DNA from: an uncultured delta proteobacterium
GTDB taxonomy: Bacteria; Desulfobacterota; Syntrophia; Syntrophales; UBA2185
Length of the DNA stretch: 64,000 nt
Reading direction: 5' to 3'
Assembly (NCBI GenBank): GCA_963729715.1
Contig: CAVSPA010000010.1
Coordinates: 96,001-160,000 of the forward strand
The position numbers were made by a program, and so were the translations under genes. The notes under the pieces were generated by a model. That model saw only the letters and a list, made by a program, of their open reading frames with translations. It had not been told where the DNA came from and made no database searches. Positions 1 through 9,380 of the stretch are shown here, piece after piece (within the stretch, counting starts at the first letter, position 1; every line of letters starts with the position of its first letter).

Positions 1-382
1 CGAGCCCGGCCGGATCTGACAAATAGGACTTTCCCGCATGAACGGGAACTCTTGTCGGTCGGTTGCAGAATTCGCTGCGGAGTCCGCACATCTTCTGCTG
101 GAAGAACGGGCTTTCCAGGAGACATGACCTGTCAAGAGAATCGATAAATGATTTAATCTCCGACACATAAACTATGCGACCGCCCTGCTGCTTCATCAGC
201 ACGGCCTGAATGTCCATAAGATCGTGAAGCCCGTCGAGGAGTTGCAGGAGGGGGAGTGTATTGAAATCAAGCGCGATGCCGTGATCGGTCAGATGGTAAG
301 GATCATGAAAGGCGATCATCCGCCGACCCTTGATGGTCGTGGCAACGGGTTGAATGTCCCTTCTCAAAATGGGCTTATCCAT
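1..382 (-). CDS. AmmeMemoRadiSam system protein B (MEMO1 family), 5' part, runs off window
   Basis: Manual translation from ATG at 382: MDKPILRRDIQ...LLDG...RPTRVPVHAGKSYLSDPAGL. The R-x-P-x-H-A-G-x-x-Y-x-x-D-P pattern follows an N-terminal extension, as in MEMO-family proteins. Not in the ORF track because it is truncated. Confidence 0.65.
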   Translation of the reverse strand, partial: MDKPILRRDIQPVATTIKGRRMIAFHDPYHLTDHGIALDFNTLPLLQLLDGLHDLMDIQAVLMKQQGGRIVYVSEIKSFIDSLDRSCLLESPFFQQKMCGLRSEFCNRPTRVPVHAGKSYLSDPAGL

Positions 383-597
383 ATGCTCTCCGCTTAGTAG
401 TTCGCTTATATTAGCAATTGTTTAAAAATGCAACGTCAACGTCTAAAGACGGAAAAAATTGCATGCTTCTTGGTGGCAAATTAGCGCCTGATATTCTTGC
501 TGCCAGCCTATCTACGCGTAATTATGACGCATAGATGATGGTACAGTATTTGCTAAGTTTAAAGAGTGTCAGCAATGAGGCCTATAGGGAGGGGTGC

Positions 598-1695
598 ATG
601 ATGGAAAAGAGATTGAGAATTGCCATAAATACCGGGGGAGGCGATGCGCCGGGTCTCAATGCGGTCATTGAAGCCGTTGTCATGGCGGCCTACAACAGAG
701 GCTGGGAAGTATATGGCATCAAGAGCAGCTACGCCGGTCTCCTTAATACTGATGAGATTATCCATCTAACCCCGGAGACAGTAAGCCATATTTCCATCAC
801 GGGCGGGACGATTCTGGGAACGACAAACCGCGGCAATCCTTTCCAGATGCCGGTCACGAACATGGCCGGCGAAGTGGAGATACGCGATGTATCCGATAAA
901 GTTGTCGAGAATTTTAACCGACTGCGTTTCGATTGTCTGATAGCGGTCGGCGGTGACGGCAGCCTGGGAATTGCTCACAGTTTATATAAGAAAGGCATAC
1001 CGGTTGTCGGAGTCCCCAAGACCATAGATAACGATATCTGCGACACTGTCGTGACGTTCGGTTTCGATACGGCCGTAAGCATTGCCACGGAGGCCATAGA
1101 TCGCCTTCATTCCACAGCCAAGTCCCATGAACGGGTCATGGTCGTTGAGGTCATGGGCCGTCATTCGGGCTGGATAGCGCTGAACAGCGGGTTATCCGGT
1201 GCGGCGCATATCATTCTTATTCCGGAGATACCGTTTGATATTGAGAAAATATGCGGTCATGTAATGGAATGCGAAGTCCGCGGCCGACGTTACGCCATCG
1301 TAGTCGTTGCGGAAGGTGCAGTGCCTGTCGGCGGTCACGCTGTTGAAAAAGGAAAGGGGGAAGTTGGCCGCCAGCATGCAGTTCTCGGCGGGGTAGGGGA
1401 GTACTTGGCAAAAGAAATTGCAAAACAGACCGGTAAAGAGACGCGTTCGTTGGTCCTTGGCCATCTGCAGCGCGGCGGCACACCGACAACCTTTGACAGG
1501 CTGATAGCCCTCCGTTTTGGCGCAGCAGCCGTCCGCATCGTCGGTGAGCAGAAGTTCGGGACGATGGTGGCCCTTGATCCGCCTCATATCAAGGCTGTTC
1601 CTCTTGAGAATATTATAGGACGTATAAAAACTGTACCCATAGATAGCGACAAGATCAGCACTGCCCGGGAAATCGGTATCTGCCTTGGTGATTGA
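598..1695 (+). CDS. pfkA: 6-phosphofructokinase
   Basis: Motifs TGGGDAPGLNA, GGTILGT, GGDGS, PKTIDND, EVMGR and LGHLQRGG. Start moved to the ATG after GGAGG. Confidence 0.93.
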   Translation: MMEKRLRIAINTGGGDAPGLNAVIEAVVMAAYNRGWEVYGIKSSYAGLLNTDEIIHLTPETVSHISITGGTILGTTNRGNPFQMPVTNMAGEVEIRDVSDKVVENFNRLRFDCLIAVGGDGSLGIAHSLYKKGIPVVGVPKTIDNDICDTVVTFGFDTAVSIATEAIDRLHSTAKSHERVMVVEVMGRHSGWIALNSGLSGAAHIILIPEIPFDIEKICGHVMECEVRGRRYAIVVVAEGAVPVGGHAVEKGKGEVGRQHAVLGGVGEYLAKEIAKQTGKETRSLVLGHLQRGGTPTTFDRLIALRFGAAAVRIVGEQKFGTMVALDPPHIKAVPLENIIGRIKTVPIDSDKISTAREIGICLGD

Positions 1696-1825
1696 TAGGC
1701 CATACGAATTGACCAAAATAGAAGATCACCCTTGTCCGTCGATATTATTCTCTTGCACAATCTCCCTCATATAAAATATAAATTCTTATTGTCGCATTAA
1801 GTTTGTTTCACTGAAGGAACGTTTA

Positions 1826-2317
1826 ATGGATGGGCAGTCAGGGATATTGCGAGCTAAGATAGGACTTCTTGTCATGGTGCCTTTAATCACGGTATCCATT
1901 AGTCTCGCTGTTCCTTGCCACTCTATGGACGAGAAACCATTTGCACCCTGGGACTTTAATAATACAGCTTCCAGCAGGGAAGAGACACCGCTGCTGGATA
2001 CAGACGCATCAGCTTGCGGAAATTTTCTTATACAGGCAATCAGGTTTTACCAACAGTATATTTCTCCCGTGATCGGGGATCGTTGCCAAATGTACCCATC
2101 GTGTTCATCATATGCTATCGAGGTGATCAAGAAGCATGGATGCCTCATCGGGTCTGTCATGACTTCGGACAGGTTGATTCATGAGGCAAATGAAACGGAT
2201 CATGCCCCTCTCATTGAAATAGATAGGGACTATGGATATTACGATCCTGTCAGCGGCAACGATTTCTGGTGGTATAAAGGTTCGGATGGGATTGCTTCAC
2301 AACCGGGCGGCAGATAG
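1826..2317 (+). CDS. yidD: Membrane protein insertion efficiency factor YidD-domain protein with N-terminal signal
   Basis: IRFYQQYISP...RCQMYPSCSSYA..I.KHG motif. Confidence 0.75.
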   Translation: MDGQSGILRAKIGLLVMVPLITVSISLAVPCHSMDEKPFAPWDFNNTASSREETPLLDTDASACGNFLIQAIRFYQQYISPVIGDRCQMYPSCSSYAIEVIKKHGCLIGSVMTSDRLIHEANETDHAPLIEIDRDYGYYDPVSGNDFWWYKGSDGIASQPGGR

Positions 2318-2350
2318 GGGGCGCATTGCACCTGTTATTTTCTGAAACAC

Positions 2351-3319
2351 TTAAGAGCTTCGGGAAGAAAAGGTCAGCTCTGTTCCCGCCATGTTCAAGA
2401 CAAATTGCGAGGGCATGGCCTTCTCGATTTCGATTACAGATTTCCTTCCCGTGCAATGCGTAGGCACGATGTAAGAAGGATTTATTTTTTTCAACTCCTC
2501 GATTGTCTTTCCTACGATAGGCTCGAAAGCGGGACCTGCAAGGTGAAAGCCGCCCATGATAACATGGACGGGATTAACGCCCGTTACAATCCTCGCATGA
2601 TTGACCGTATTGACGATGCCGGCATGGGCACACCCCGTAAGAACAACCAAACCTTTTCCCTTAAGATTTATAGCGATGCCCGTATCCTCCTCGATGGGAT
2701 CCCATGTCTCTCTGTCTTTATCTGTAAAGAAAGCATTGGGCATGCCTTTTTCAAATTCGGTCTGACGATAAATCTCACCAAGATACAAAACACCGCCGTC
2801 TAAGAGAGTGAGAGGTTCCCTCGTCTCCCTCAGACGGACACCGGTTTTTTCTATTTTCCTTCTTGTTACTTCGGGAAACCGGGCCTTGAAGTCACCACCA
2901 AACTTGAGGTACCGTTTTTGTCTAAAAGCCGCCGGGTGAAGAACCAACCCGACTCCGTCTCTGCCGATCATCTTAACCAGTTTTTCAAAACCGCCGAGGT
3001 GGTCGCTGTGTCCGTGGGATAGGACCATCACTTCTATCGCACCCATGTCAACGCCTAGTACTTTGGCATTTGCGGCTGCGCCGTCCTTGGAAAATCCGAA
3101 ATCAAAGAGGAGAGTTCTGGTTCGACCGGCGGTTGTAGTTCTTACTATGGCAGAAAAGCCATGTTCTGCCCGTATGGAAGTCTTTATCTCCCCATCCATG
3201 AGATAGCGGGCCCGCGAAATAATCGCACTATTGTCGGAGGCTGTGATCTCGATGAAGTTGTCCTGAAGCGTCAGGATCTCGACTTTTTCGACCTCCTTGA
3301 GAATTGATATTTTCTTCAT
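2351..3319 (-). CDS. MBL-fold metallo-hydrolase
   Basis: Motifs AEHGFS, LFDFG, LSHGHSDHLGG, GCAHAG, GGFHL and PTHCTG. Confidence 0.88.
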   Translation of the reverse strand: MKKISILKEVEKVEILTLQDNFIEITASDNSAIISRARYLMDGEIKTSIRAEHGFSAIVRTTTAGRTRTLLFDFGFSKDGAAANAKVLGVDMGAIEVMVLSHGHSDHLGGFEKLVKMIGRDGVGLVLHPAAFRQKRYLKFGGDFKARFPEVTRRKIEKTGVRLRETREPLTLLDGGVLYLGEIYRQTEFEKGMPNAFFTDKDRETWDPIEEDTGIAINLKGKGLVVLTGCAHAGIVNTVNHARIVTGVNPVHVIMGGFHLAGPAFEPIVGKTIEELKKINPSYIVPTHCTGRKSVIEIEKAMPSQFVLNMAGTELTFSSRSS

Positions 3320-3331
3320 TTAGTTTTTCAT

Positions 3332-4534
3332 TTAACCTTTCAGGATGCGCGCACCTATTCTCATCTTGTCAAAGCAGTATGCCTCAAGCCCGGGAACGAT
3401 CATACGGACAGTTGGGATGCCTGTGTCCGGCCTTGTCAGATCTACTGCTATCACACGCTCCAAACCCCTTGCCTGCAGCTTCCCGATTATCGTCCTGACG
3501 TCCTGGAGGATATCTTTGCCGTAGCTCACTTCAATATCCCGAAGGCCCTTGTAATTGTATGCATAGAACCGTGGATCATCGGTTCTTTCCTGCTCACCAA
3601 GATAGGCCGTCACGGGTTCGCACATACCTTCGATACCGAACTTCTGAATGAACAAAGCTCTGGTGGTCACGATCTCGAGAAGGGATCTAATCATGGCGAC
3701 ACGGGGATCAAGGTGGGCGCCGAAACCGTCTACGGGTTTCATTGAAGGATAAACCAGATCACGGGAAAAGGCGGCAATCACCGGAACTCCGATATCTGAG
3801 GCAATGTCTTTGGCGACGATCTCAATATCGGCGTCTGCGAATTTGTCAAAAATGTTGATAATGAACTGGTTGGCAGGTTCATCCTCGATAAAAAGGGCAT
3901 CGTTGTAATTGCCTTCGTACCGTGCGATGCTCCACGCGTCACGCTCGATGAGCTCGGCAAGACCGTGCACAACGGCCTCTTCTATAGTATTGCCTGCTGC
4001 AATGCCGTTCGTATGGGTGTCTATAAGAAAGGCATCGTCGAGATGGTAGGGATGGTAAACCGCGCAGGCAGGGACCAGGGTATCCTCATCCCGCGCCAGA
4101 TCGCATCCCCATGCCCAGTGAATATCCCGATCATGGTCATAATCGCTGATTTTCGAAAGAATCATCTCGCGGGGATCGAGGATGTTGAACTTCTTTTTCA
4201 ACTGGTTATAGCTGCCGTTCACTAGCTTGCTCTTGTACTCGTCTTTGAATTCCGATGAATAGCGTTCGATCGACTCCATAGTCAGCGACACCTGGGCCTG
4301 AATTTGCGATACTCCCTTGCCTGTGTGGCTCGTTTTCGAACTGTCCGGCCTTATGCGATGGCAGATAAAGACCGGAATCCCGATTCTGTCGAGGTCCGAT
4401 GCTTCGCAGAAGCCAATCATGCTGACCAGCTCTTTGATGCTTTGGATGAATTGAAGCGTGGAGTCCGGTGTCTTTGAACGGTGCGTCTCCAGGATGTAAA
4501 CCTTGGGGCACTCTTTTAGTACTATACGTGGCAT
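3332..4534 (-). CDS. YcaO-family protein
   Basis: Motifs LDRIGIPV, GKG..Q.QA.VS..MESIERYS, TNGIAAGNTIEEA..HGL.ELIERDA, GFGAHLDP and PTVRMIVPGLE. Likely start ATG 4534 (MPRIVLK). Confidence 0.88.
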   Translation of the reverse strand: MPRIVLKECPKVYILETHRSKTPDSTLQFIQSIKELVSMIGFCEASDLDRIGIPVFICHRIRPDSSKTSHTGKGVSQIQAQVSLTMESIERYSSEFKDEYKSKLVNGSYNQLKKKFNILDPREMILSKISDYDHDRDIHWAWGCDLARDEDTLVPACAVYHPYHLDDAFLIDTHTNGIAAGNTIEEAVVHGLAELIERDAWSIARYEGNYNDALFIEDEPANQFIINIFDKFADADIEIVAKDIASDIGVPVIAAFSRDLVYPSMKPVDGFGAHLDPRVAMIRSLLEIVTTRALFIQKFGIEGMCEPVTAYLGEQERTDDPRFYAYNYKGLRDIEVSYGKDILQDVRTIIGKLQARGLERVIAVDLTRPDTGIPTVRMIVPGLEAYCFDKMRIGARILKG

Positions 4535-4763
4535 ATTGATACTGAATCCTCTTAATCTTTCCGCTGGAAACGAGCGATGGCGCAATACCCCATACGGGAG
4601 CGTATACATATCAATACGCGTTCTCTTTTTCAATACGAGTTTTTCAAAGCAAGTTTTTGAGAAAGCCGCAACAATGCAAATTTACGGCAGCTATTAAAGA
4701 GGAACATCAGAGAGGCGAATAAGATTCGGGGGATAATTCAATCTGGAGAGGTCTTTTGTTTAT

Positions 4764-4810
4764 CTGGTGGGCCGTATGGGACTTGAACCCACGACCAACG
4801 GATTAAAAGT
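4764..4810 (-). repeat. att core 1: 47-bp copy of the tRNA-Lys 3' portion (outer end of island A)
   Basis: CTGGTGGGCCGTATGGGACTTGAACCCACGACCAACGGATTAAAAGT is identical to 36061-36107 and 22258-22304. Confidence 0.95.
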
Positions 4811-4948
4811 TCCAAGCAACCCAAAAAATACTAAATTATAACCCCTTGATCTAAAGTCTGGTTTCCCGCAAGTATCTAAAAGTAATAAAAAAAGCAATTC
4901 TATCTATTCCACCTAATTCTATATGTTCCCCTTCCATTTCCTGGCTTC

Positions 4949-4966
4949 TATCACAATTTTATCACA
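4949..4966 (+). repeat. Putative integrase arm-type site of island A (left)
   Basis: TATCACAATTTTATCACA matches TATCACAAATTTATCACA at 22183-22200 at 17 of 18 positions. Confidence 0.65.
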
Positions 4967-5023
4967 CCCGCAGCGGAGTTTTAGTCCGATGGTCATTTCC
5001 CTCTACCAGAGATCTCCCGTTCC

Positions 5024-5626
5024 TCACTGATTAAGGCAGGCTCTGATCCTTTGCAATTCCTTTTCATAATCCCTGACAATATCGTTGCTCAATCTTCGCT
5101 GGAGAATTTTCAATATTTCTCCATAAAACCAGATTTTTCTGTCAGCAGGAGCATTGAATTTGTCCCATAGTGAATCACCCTGTTTTTTGTGGGACTCGAT
5201 CATGGCCTGAAGGTTATGTATTTTATCTGCCGCACAAACCATCAACGCCTTCTCGCTGTGACGTTGCAAGCCCTCCAGATACTTTTCTTTCCTATACACC
5301 CATGTCGCCGCGTCATCACTTGCCACATTGGGATCTTTATCTTCGCTCATCTCTCTGACAATATTCGCAACCTCAGTACCAAAATCCTTTTGAAGGTCAC
5401 TATAATAATAACCTGGAACATCTTCCAGGATGTCATGAAGCAATCCGGCTATAACTGTATCTTCATCATCAGTATAAGAACTCAGAATCCAAGCGACTGA
5501 AAAAGGATGACTTATATAGGGCAGGCCTTCATCTGCTTTTCTGACCTGATTCAGATGAAGTCTGCAGGCTATATTAATGGCTTCTCGGAGTCTCTGTGTA
5601 AGCGGTGGGCGTTGGCTAGTTGTCAT
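5024..5626 (-). CDS. HD-domain protein, RelA/SpoT hydrolase-like (Mesh1/small alarmone hydrolase)
   Basis: Motifs H..Q.RK, PYISHP, AGLLHDILED and ADKIHNL. Confidence 0.82.
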   Translation of the reverse strand: MTTSQRPPLTQRLREAINIACRLHLNQVRKADEGLPYISHPFSVAWILSSYTDDEDTVIAGLLHDILEDVPGYYYSDLQKDFGTEVANIVREMSEDKDPNVASDDAATWVYRKEKYLEGLQRHSEKALMVCAADKIHNLQAMIESHKKQGDSLWDKFNAPADRKIWFYGEILKILQRRLSNDIVRDYEKELQRIRACLNQ

Positions 5627-5813
5627 TTGTTTATGTTTTTATGCGACCTGAACCATACTTGACTTTACAGATATTGTCATATCGAGTCATGATTATTGAG
5701 TTCATCTACCAAATATTTCAATGTCGATTCAATGAGAAATAAAGATTATCAATCATGCCTATGGACTAATCTTTTTTCCTTTGAAGGTCTTGCCCTTGGT
5801 TTTCGAGCACTCA

Positions 5814-6377
5814 CTATTGTTTTTTTTCTCCATATTTATTTTGTCGTAGTACGTATACTGCATCCAGGAATAGCTTGGCATCTTTTTCCGACTCCCATCG
5901 AAATACATAATAGCTCATAATATAATCACCATCTCCGTTAGTACTAAAGCCGAAATCGGATGAACCCAACTTTACAGGTATTTTGTAGAGGTTGCCCTCT
6001 TTTATTATTTCCTGACCTATTTGGTCATAGCTCGTCATGATTTTGCCGGGCGCATCCCGCCCCCGAAGTAAAACGAAGGCGACAAAGTCATCTCCATCAA
6101 GGTACACACGTTCGATTGTTTCCAATCCAGCAGCTCTGCGGCTCAGGGCAAGAGCGACTGCATCCCTTGCTTCCTGTACAGTCATCTTTGGCGTGGAATC
6201 AGGACTAATACGATAAACAACATCATCGCTAAAACCAATTTGGGGGATTGCTAAGAGGCAAAGAATAACCAATAAAGTTTTCATTCTTGAGAAGAATGAA
6301 CGGACTAAACGATTTTTGATTTCCAACGATCCAATCTTTGATGAAGTCAAGACTACCGAGTTCCTTCTGCTATTCAT
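5814..6377 (-). CDS. Hypothetical secreted protein (signal peptide begins at ATG 6284)
   Basis: ORF with GGAGG RBS and an internal signal peptide MKTLLVILCLLAIPQIGFS. Confidence 0.6.
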   Translation of the reverse strand: MNSRRNSVVLTSSKIGSLEIKNRLVRSFFSRMKTLLVILCLLAIPQIGFSDDVVYRISPDSTPKMTVQEARDAVALALSRRAAGLETIERVYLDGDDFVAFVLLRGRDAPGKIMTSYDQIGQEIIKEGNLYKIPVKLGSSDFGFSTNGDGDYIMSYYVFRWESEKDAKLFLDAVYVLRQNKYGEKKQ

Positions 6378-6420
6378 ACCTCCTCCTTATAACTGTCTGA
6401 AAACAACTCTTAAATAGAAA

Positions 6421-6592
6421 CAAAAACCCCCGCTCTCTGTCTTGAGACACGGGGTTTCGATAATCACTCCATACTGTCACCCTCGCACAAAGGTTGAAGG
6501 GTTTATGAATCTTAGTCTATTAGTCTATTAGTTTATATATGTGTTTTGATTATCACGATTCAAATTTGAAATCTACGATGAAAATTGAAGAT
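6421..6592 (-). promoter_or_regulatory. Promoter, structured leader and terminator module, copy 1
   Basis: Homologous in inverted orientation to 13615-13773. Contains a TGATAAT -10-like box, a hairpin and the terminator AAACCCCG...CGGGGGTTTTTG. Confidence 0.65.
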
Positions 6593-6999
6593 CAATATTT
6601 CTCCTTTTTTCTCACACCATCTTCTGTAGTTTCTATTTCATTGTAGAAAGTGTATTTTTGAGGAACATGTTTGACCTTTTGATATCGGCCTGTGACCGTC
6701 ACCGAATCACCTCTATATATGGAGAGCGTCCCAGAAGCAAAAACATTCAAAGCATTGTTTGAAGAATCGATTATCATAAAGGTAGTGTATGGGTTGCCTT
6801 TCTTAGAAGTATTAAATTTCAGCGATTGGATCCGCCCTTCCACATGAACCATTTTCCCATCATACTGATCTGGATTACTAACAATCTCGGCAACAGAGGT
6901 TTTGATTACCTGTGCATCTACTATCTTGGGAATGAAGCAAATACATATAAGAGTCAGTATGACGAACAATACAAGTTCATTGCGTCTGCCCGTAATCAT
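6592..6999 (-). CDS. Secreted OB-fold protein
   Basis: Signal peptide and NPDQYDGKMVHVEG...GDSVTVTG pattern. Confidence 0.65.
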   Translation of the reverse strand: MITGRRNELVLFVILTLICICFIPKIVDAQVIKTSVAEIVSNPDQYDGKMVHVEGRIQSLKFNTSKKGNPYTTFMIIDSSNNALNVFASGTLSIYRGDSVTVTGRYQKVKHVPQKYTFYNEIETTEDGVRKKEKY

Positions 7000-7045
7000 T
7001 TTCTCCCTCCTTCAATATCAGTCTTCGTGCTCGCAATTATGGCCT

Positions 7046-7144
7046 TTAATAACGATTAGGGGGGCAGGTCAGCTCATGGGGCAACCAGCATGACTAAAAA
7101 ATGAAACAAGCTTGCCCCGTGTCGGCTGTATGCTTTTGTTGTAC
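7046..7144 (-). other. Degenerate attC-like site
   Basis: Minus strand, just after the stop of 7153..7500: GTACAACAAAAGCATACAGCCGAC-ACGGGGCAA...TTGCCCCATG-AGCTGA...CGTTATT. Confidence 0.4.
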
Positions 7145-7152
7145 CTTCCCTA

Positions 7153-7500
7153 TTACTTTTTATCGTCTCTCGTCGCCTCATCCCACGCCTCATCGTATTC
7201 TTCGTTGCTGTCAATGTCGAAGTTTGGAGGAGTATATTGTTTCAGATATTTTTTATGCCGCTTAATATCATCCTTCAGGAGGACAATCCATGCGATGGTT
7301 ACGAATACTACTAACAACAGTAACACGCATAGTCTGTATAAATTTTCTATTGAAATCATACCGAAAAGATTTGCAATGGCGTCGATATTGGCAAAAGAAA
7401 ATATCATTCCCGCAATTAAACCGACTATGGAGACGATATATGTTCTTGAGTGTTTCGATAAGTGCCTTCGTAGGTGTGGCATGGCATGTAAAATTTTCAC
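7153..7500 (-). CDS. Hypothetical 2-TM membrane protein
   Basis: Two hydrophobic segments and an acidic tail. Confidence 0.55.
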   Translation of the reverse strand: MKILHAMPHLRRHLSKHSRTYIVSIVGLIAGMIFSFANIDAIANLFGMISIENLYRLCVLLLLVVFVTIAWIVLLKDDIKRHKKYLKQYTPPNFDIDSNEEYDEAWDEATRDDKK

Positions 7501-7521
7501 TGGAAAAAATCTAAAGTGTGA

Positions 7522-8139
7522 TTACATCTCTTTATTTGTGAGAGCCATATTCTGTTTACGACCGTTTGTTCTCAGAAAATTTATCAATAAAAAAATCACC
7601 ATGGCTACGATGGCAAAGGGTAGGATATAACGGTATGAATAAGTATAAACAAGTTTCCATTTATCACCCAGATAATACCCCATCGTCACAAATGTCACGG
7701 TCCATAAAAAACCCCCGGCAAAGGCGTATATGGCGAATACCTTGTAAGGCATTACAGCAATTCCTGCAAATACTGCCGTTAAATGTCGAACCCCGGGAAT
7801 AAAATAACCGATGAATATGGCAAACTTTCCATACTTGCTGTACCATTCTTCGGTTTTGTGAAGGTGTTTACGATTAATTCTCAATTTGGCTGAATATTTC
7901 TCTAAGAAAGGATGCCCAAAGCCCCTTCCCAGAAGATATCCAATTGAAATACCGCTTATCGTCCCTGCAAATGCCGCCAATACAGCTTGCGGATAACTGA
8001 GGGTTCCCTTAAAAGCCAAAAATCCGGCTAATGCCATTAGTGTCTCATCAGGTATGGGTAAACCCAGAATGCCGAGTCCCAATGCAGCAAAGATCCCGAG
8101 ATAAGAGTATTTAATAAGAAATGGTAAAATGCATTGCAT
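7522..8139 (-). CDS. DedA family membrane protein
   Basis: GLPIPDET, Y.LGR and FIPGVRH motifs. Confidence 0.9.
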   Translation of the reverse strand: MQCILPFLIKYSYLGIFAALGLGILGLPIPDETLMALAGFLAFKGTLSYPQAVLAAFAGTISGISIGYLLGRGFGHPFLEKYSAKLRINRKHLHKTEEWYSKYGKFAIFIGYFIPGVRHLTAVFAGIAVMPYKVFAIYAFAGGFLWTVTFVTMGYYLGDKWKLVYTYSYRYILPFAIVAMVIFLLINFLRTNGRKQNMALTNKEM

Positions 8140-8883
8140 TTATCGGACACCATTTGATTCGAGTAGACCGGTTTCTCCCGATACCACCAGAGATAATCTG
8201 AATTGATCTTTCTGCTTCCCCAGTTCAAGAGAAACATTGTTGAGGACCTCTGGAAAGTCTTTCAGTATCTTAGCGGATACATGACGATAGGAAGCAGAAA
8301 CTGCTGTCTTTGAGATCATGCCATTTGTACATTTTAACCTGAGGACAAATGCAGATATGGAGAGGGACGCAAGCCCTACCTCCGAGTTTGATACAGAAAT
8401 TCCTGGCGTCATCTTGTCACCGTTAATTGAATAGGTCTGCCGCCCATCCGGGATATTAACTATCATAAAGTTATCATCAAGTGAACTCTGTATCTTCGTT
8501 TCAGGATCATACCCAAGAGTATTCAATTTCTCCAAAACCTTCAGGTTATCCGTGGGTATATATCTCGGGGTAAATATTGCTCGCACATCATCTCCATCAA
8601 ATCTGAAAAACAGTTCTTCGTTCCTTTCCTTTTCAATCCAGTAATTCATATTAAGCTTCTGGATCTCCGGCGGGCATTTTCTCAGATATTGAATTGGTAT
8701 TCCGAGACGATTGGCAATGGACTGCTGCGCTATTGGTCTTAGAGTATGGTAATCTCCAGAGACGGAAACTGTCTCCAGATTATCAAATGAGATGTCTTTA
8801 ACCGGGATCAATTCGTCTGTGTGGTTCTGAGACATCATGTGAACTTGATCCATGACTTTTTTCAGTGATGTCATTGTTGACAT
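8140..8883 (-). CDS. DUF932-domain protein, probably C-terminally truncated
   Basis: VRAIFTPRY and PGISVSNSEVG..SLSI.AFVLRL.CTNGMI motifs. Confidence 0.7.
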   Translation of the reverse strand: MSTMTSLKKVMDQVHMMSQNHTDELIPVKDISFDNLETVSVSGDYHTLRPIAQQSIANRLGIPIQYLRKCPPEIQKLNMNYWIEKERNEELFFRFDGDDVRAIFTPRYIPTDNLKVLEKLNTLGYDPETKIQSSLDDNFMIVNIPDGRQTYSINGDKMTPGISVSNSEVGLASLSISAFVLRLKCTNGMISKTAVSASYRHVSAKILKDFPEVLNNVSLELGKQKDQFRLSLVVSGETGLLESNGVR

Positions 8884-9263
8884 ATGTTAGCCCTCCCTTT
8901 CCTTATAAAATCTTAAATCGGGAGATGCGCCTTTCACCGCCTGACACAATGCTGACGCATTATATTTATCTGCGGCTCCCGCGTTGATAATATGAAATTT
9001 ACTATTTGATGTGATCAGGCTGCCTGAAGCGGCGGTTCTGCTGTATGAGGAGGCATGTGGACTGATTGGCGCTTCTTCTTTTTCATACTCTTTTGAGACT
9101 CTTTCATAATGGCGTTTTTCAATTCGTCTTCGATGAGTTTCATCTATAAGCCTTCGTATCACGATAGGCAAAAAGGTTGAATATTTTTAAGAGCAATGTT
9201 CAAATGGTTTACATGAAAAATTAAGACTTACCCGCCTCATGTTCTGTGACTTCAATAACTCCA

Positions 9264-9380
9264 TTATTGTTTCGTGAATCTTGATAAGACAATTATTCCT
9301 AATAGGACGAGAACAGCAAGGCCTGAAATTACAATTACCGCAATTTGTGTGAGCGCATCCGCTGCACCATACCATGTCAT
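9264..9380 (-). CDS. Small single-TM protein (38 aa)
   Basis: Manual translation MTWYGAADALTQIAVIVISGLAVLVLLGIIVLSRFTKQ. Confidence 0.4.
   Translation of the reverse strand: MTWYGAADALTQIAVIVISGLAVLVLLGIIVLSRFTKQ

Noticed and set aside
6513..6532. TAGTCTAT tandem repeat, about 2.5 copies
   Set aside because: Probably a slippage duplication; it is absent from the second copy of the module.
8887..9171. 94-aa ORF
   Set aside because: Weak start, no recognisable motif, and a low-information tail; possibly a remnant.
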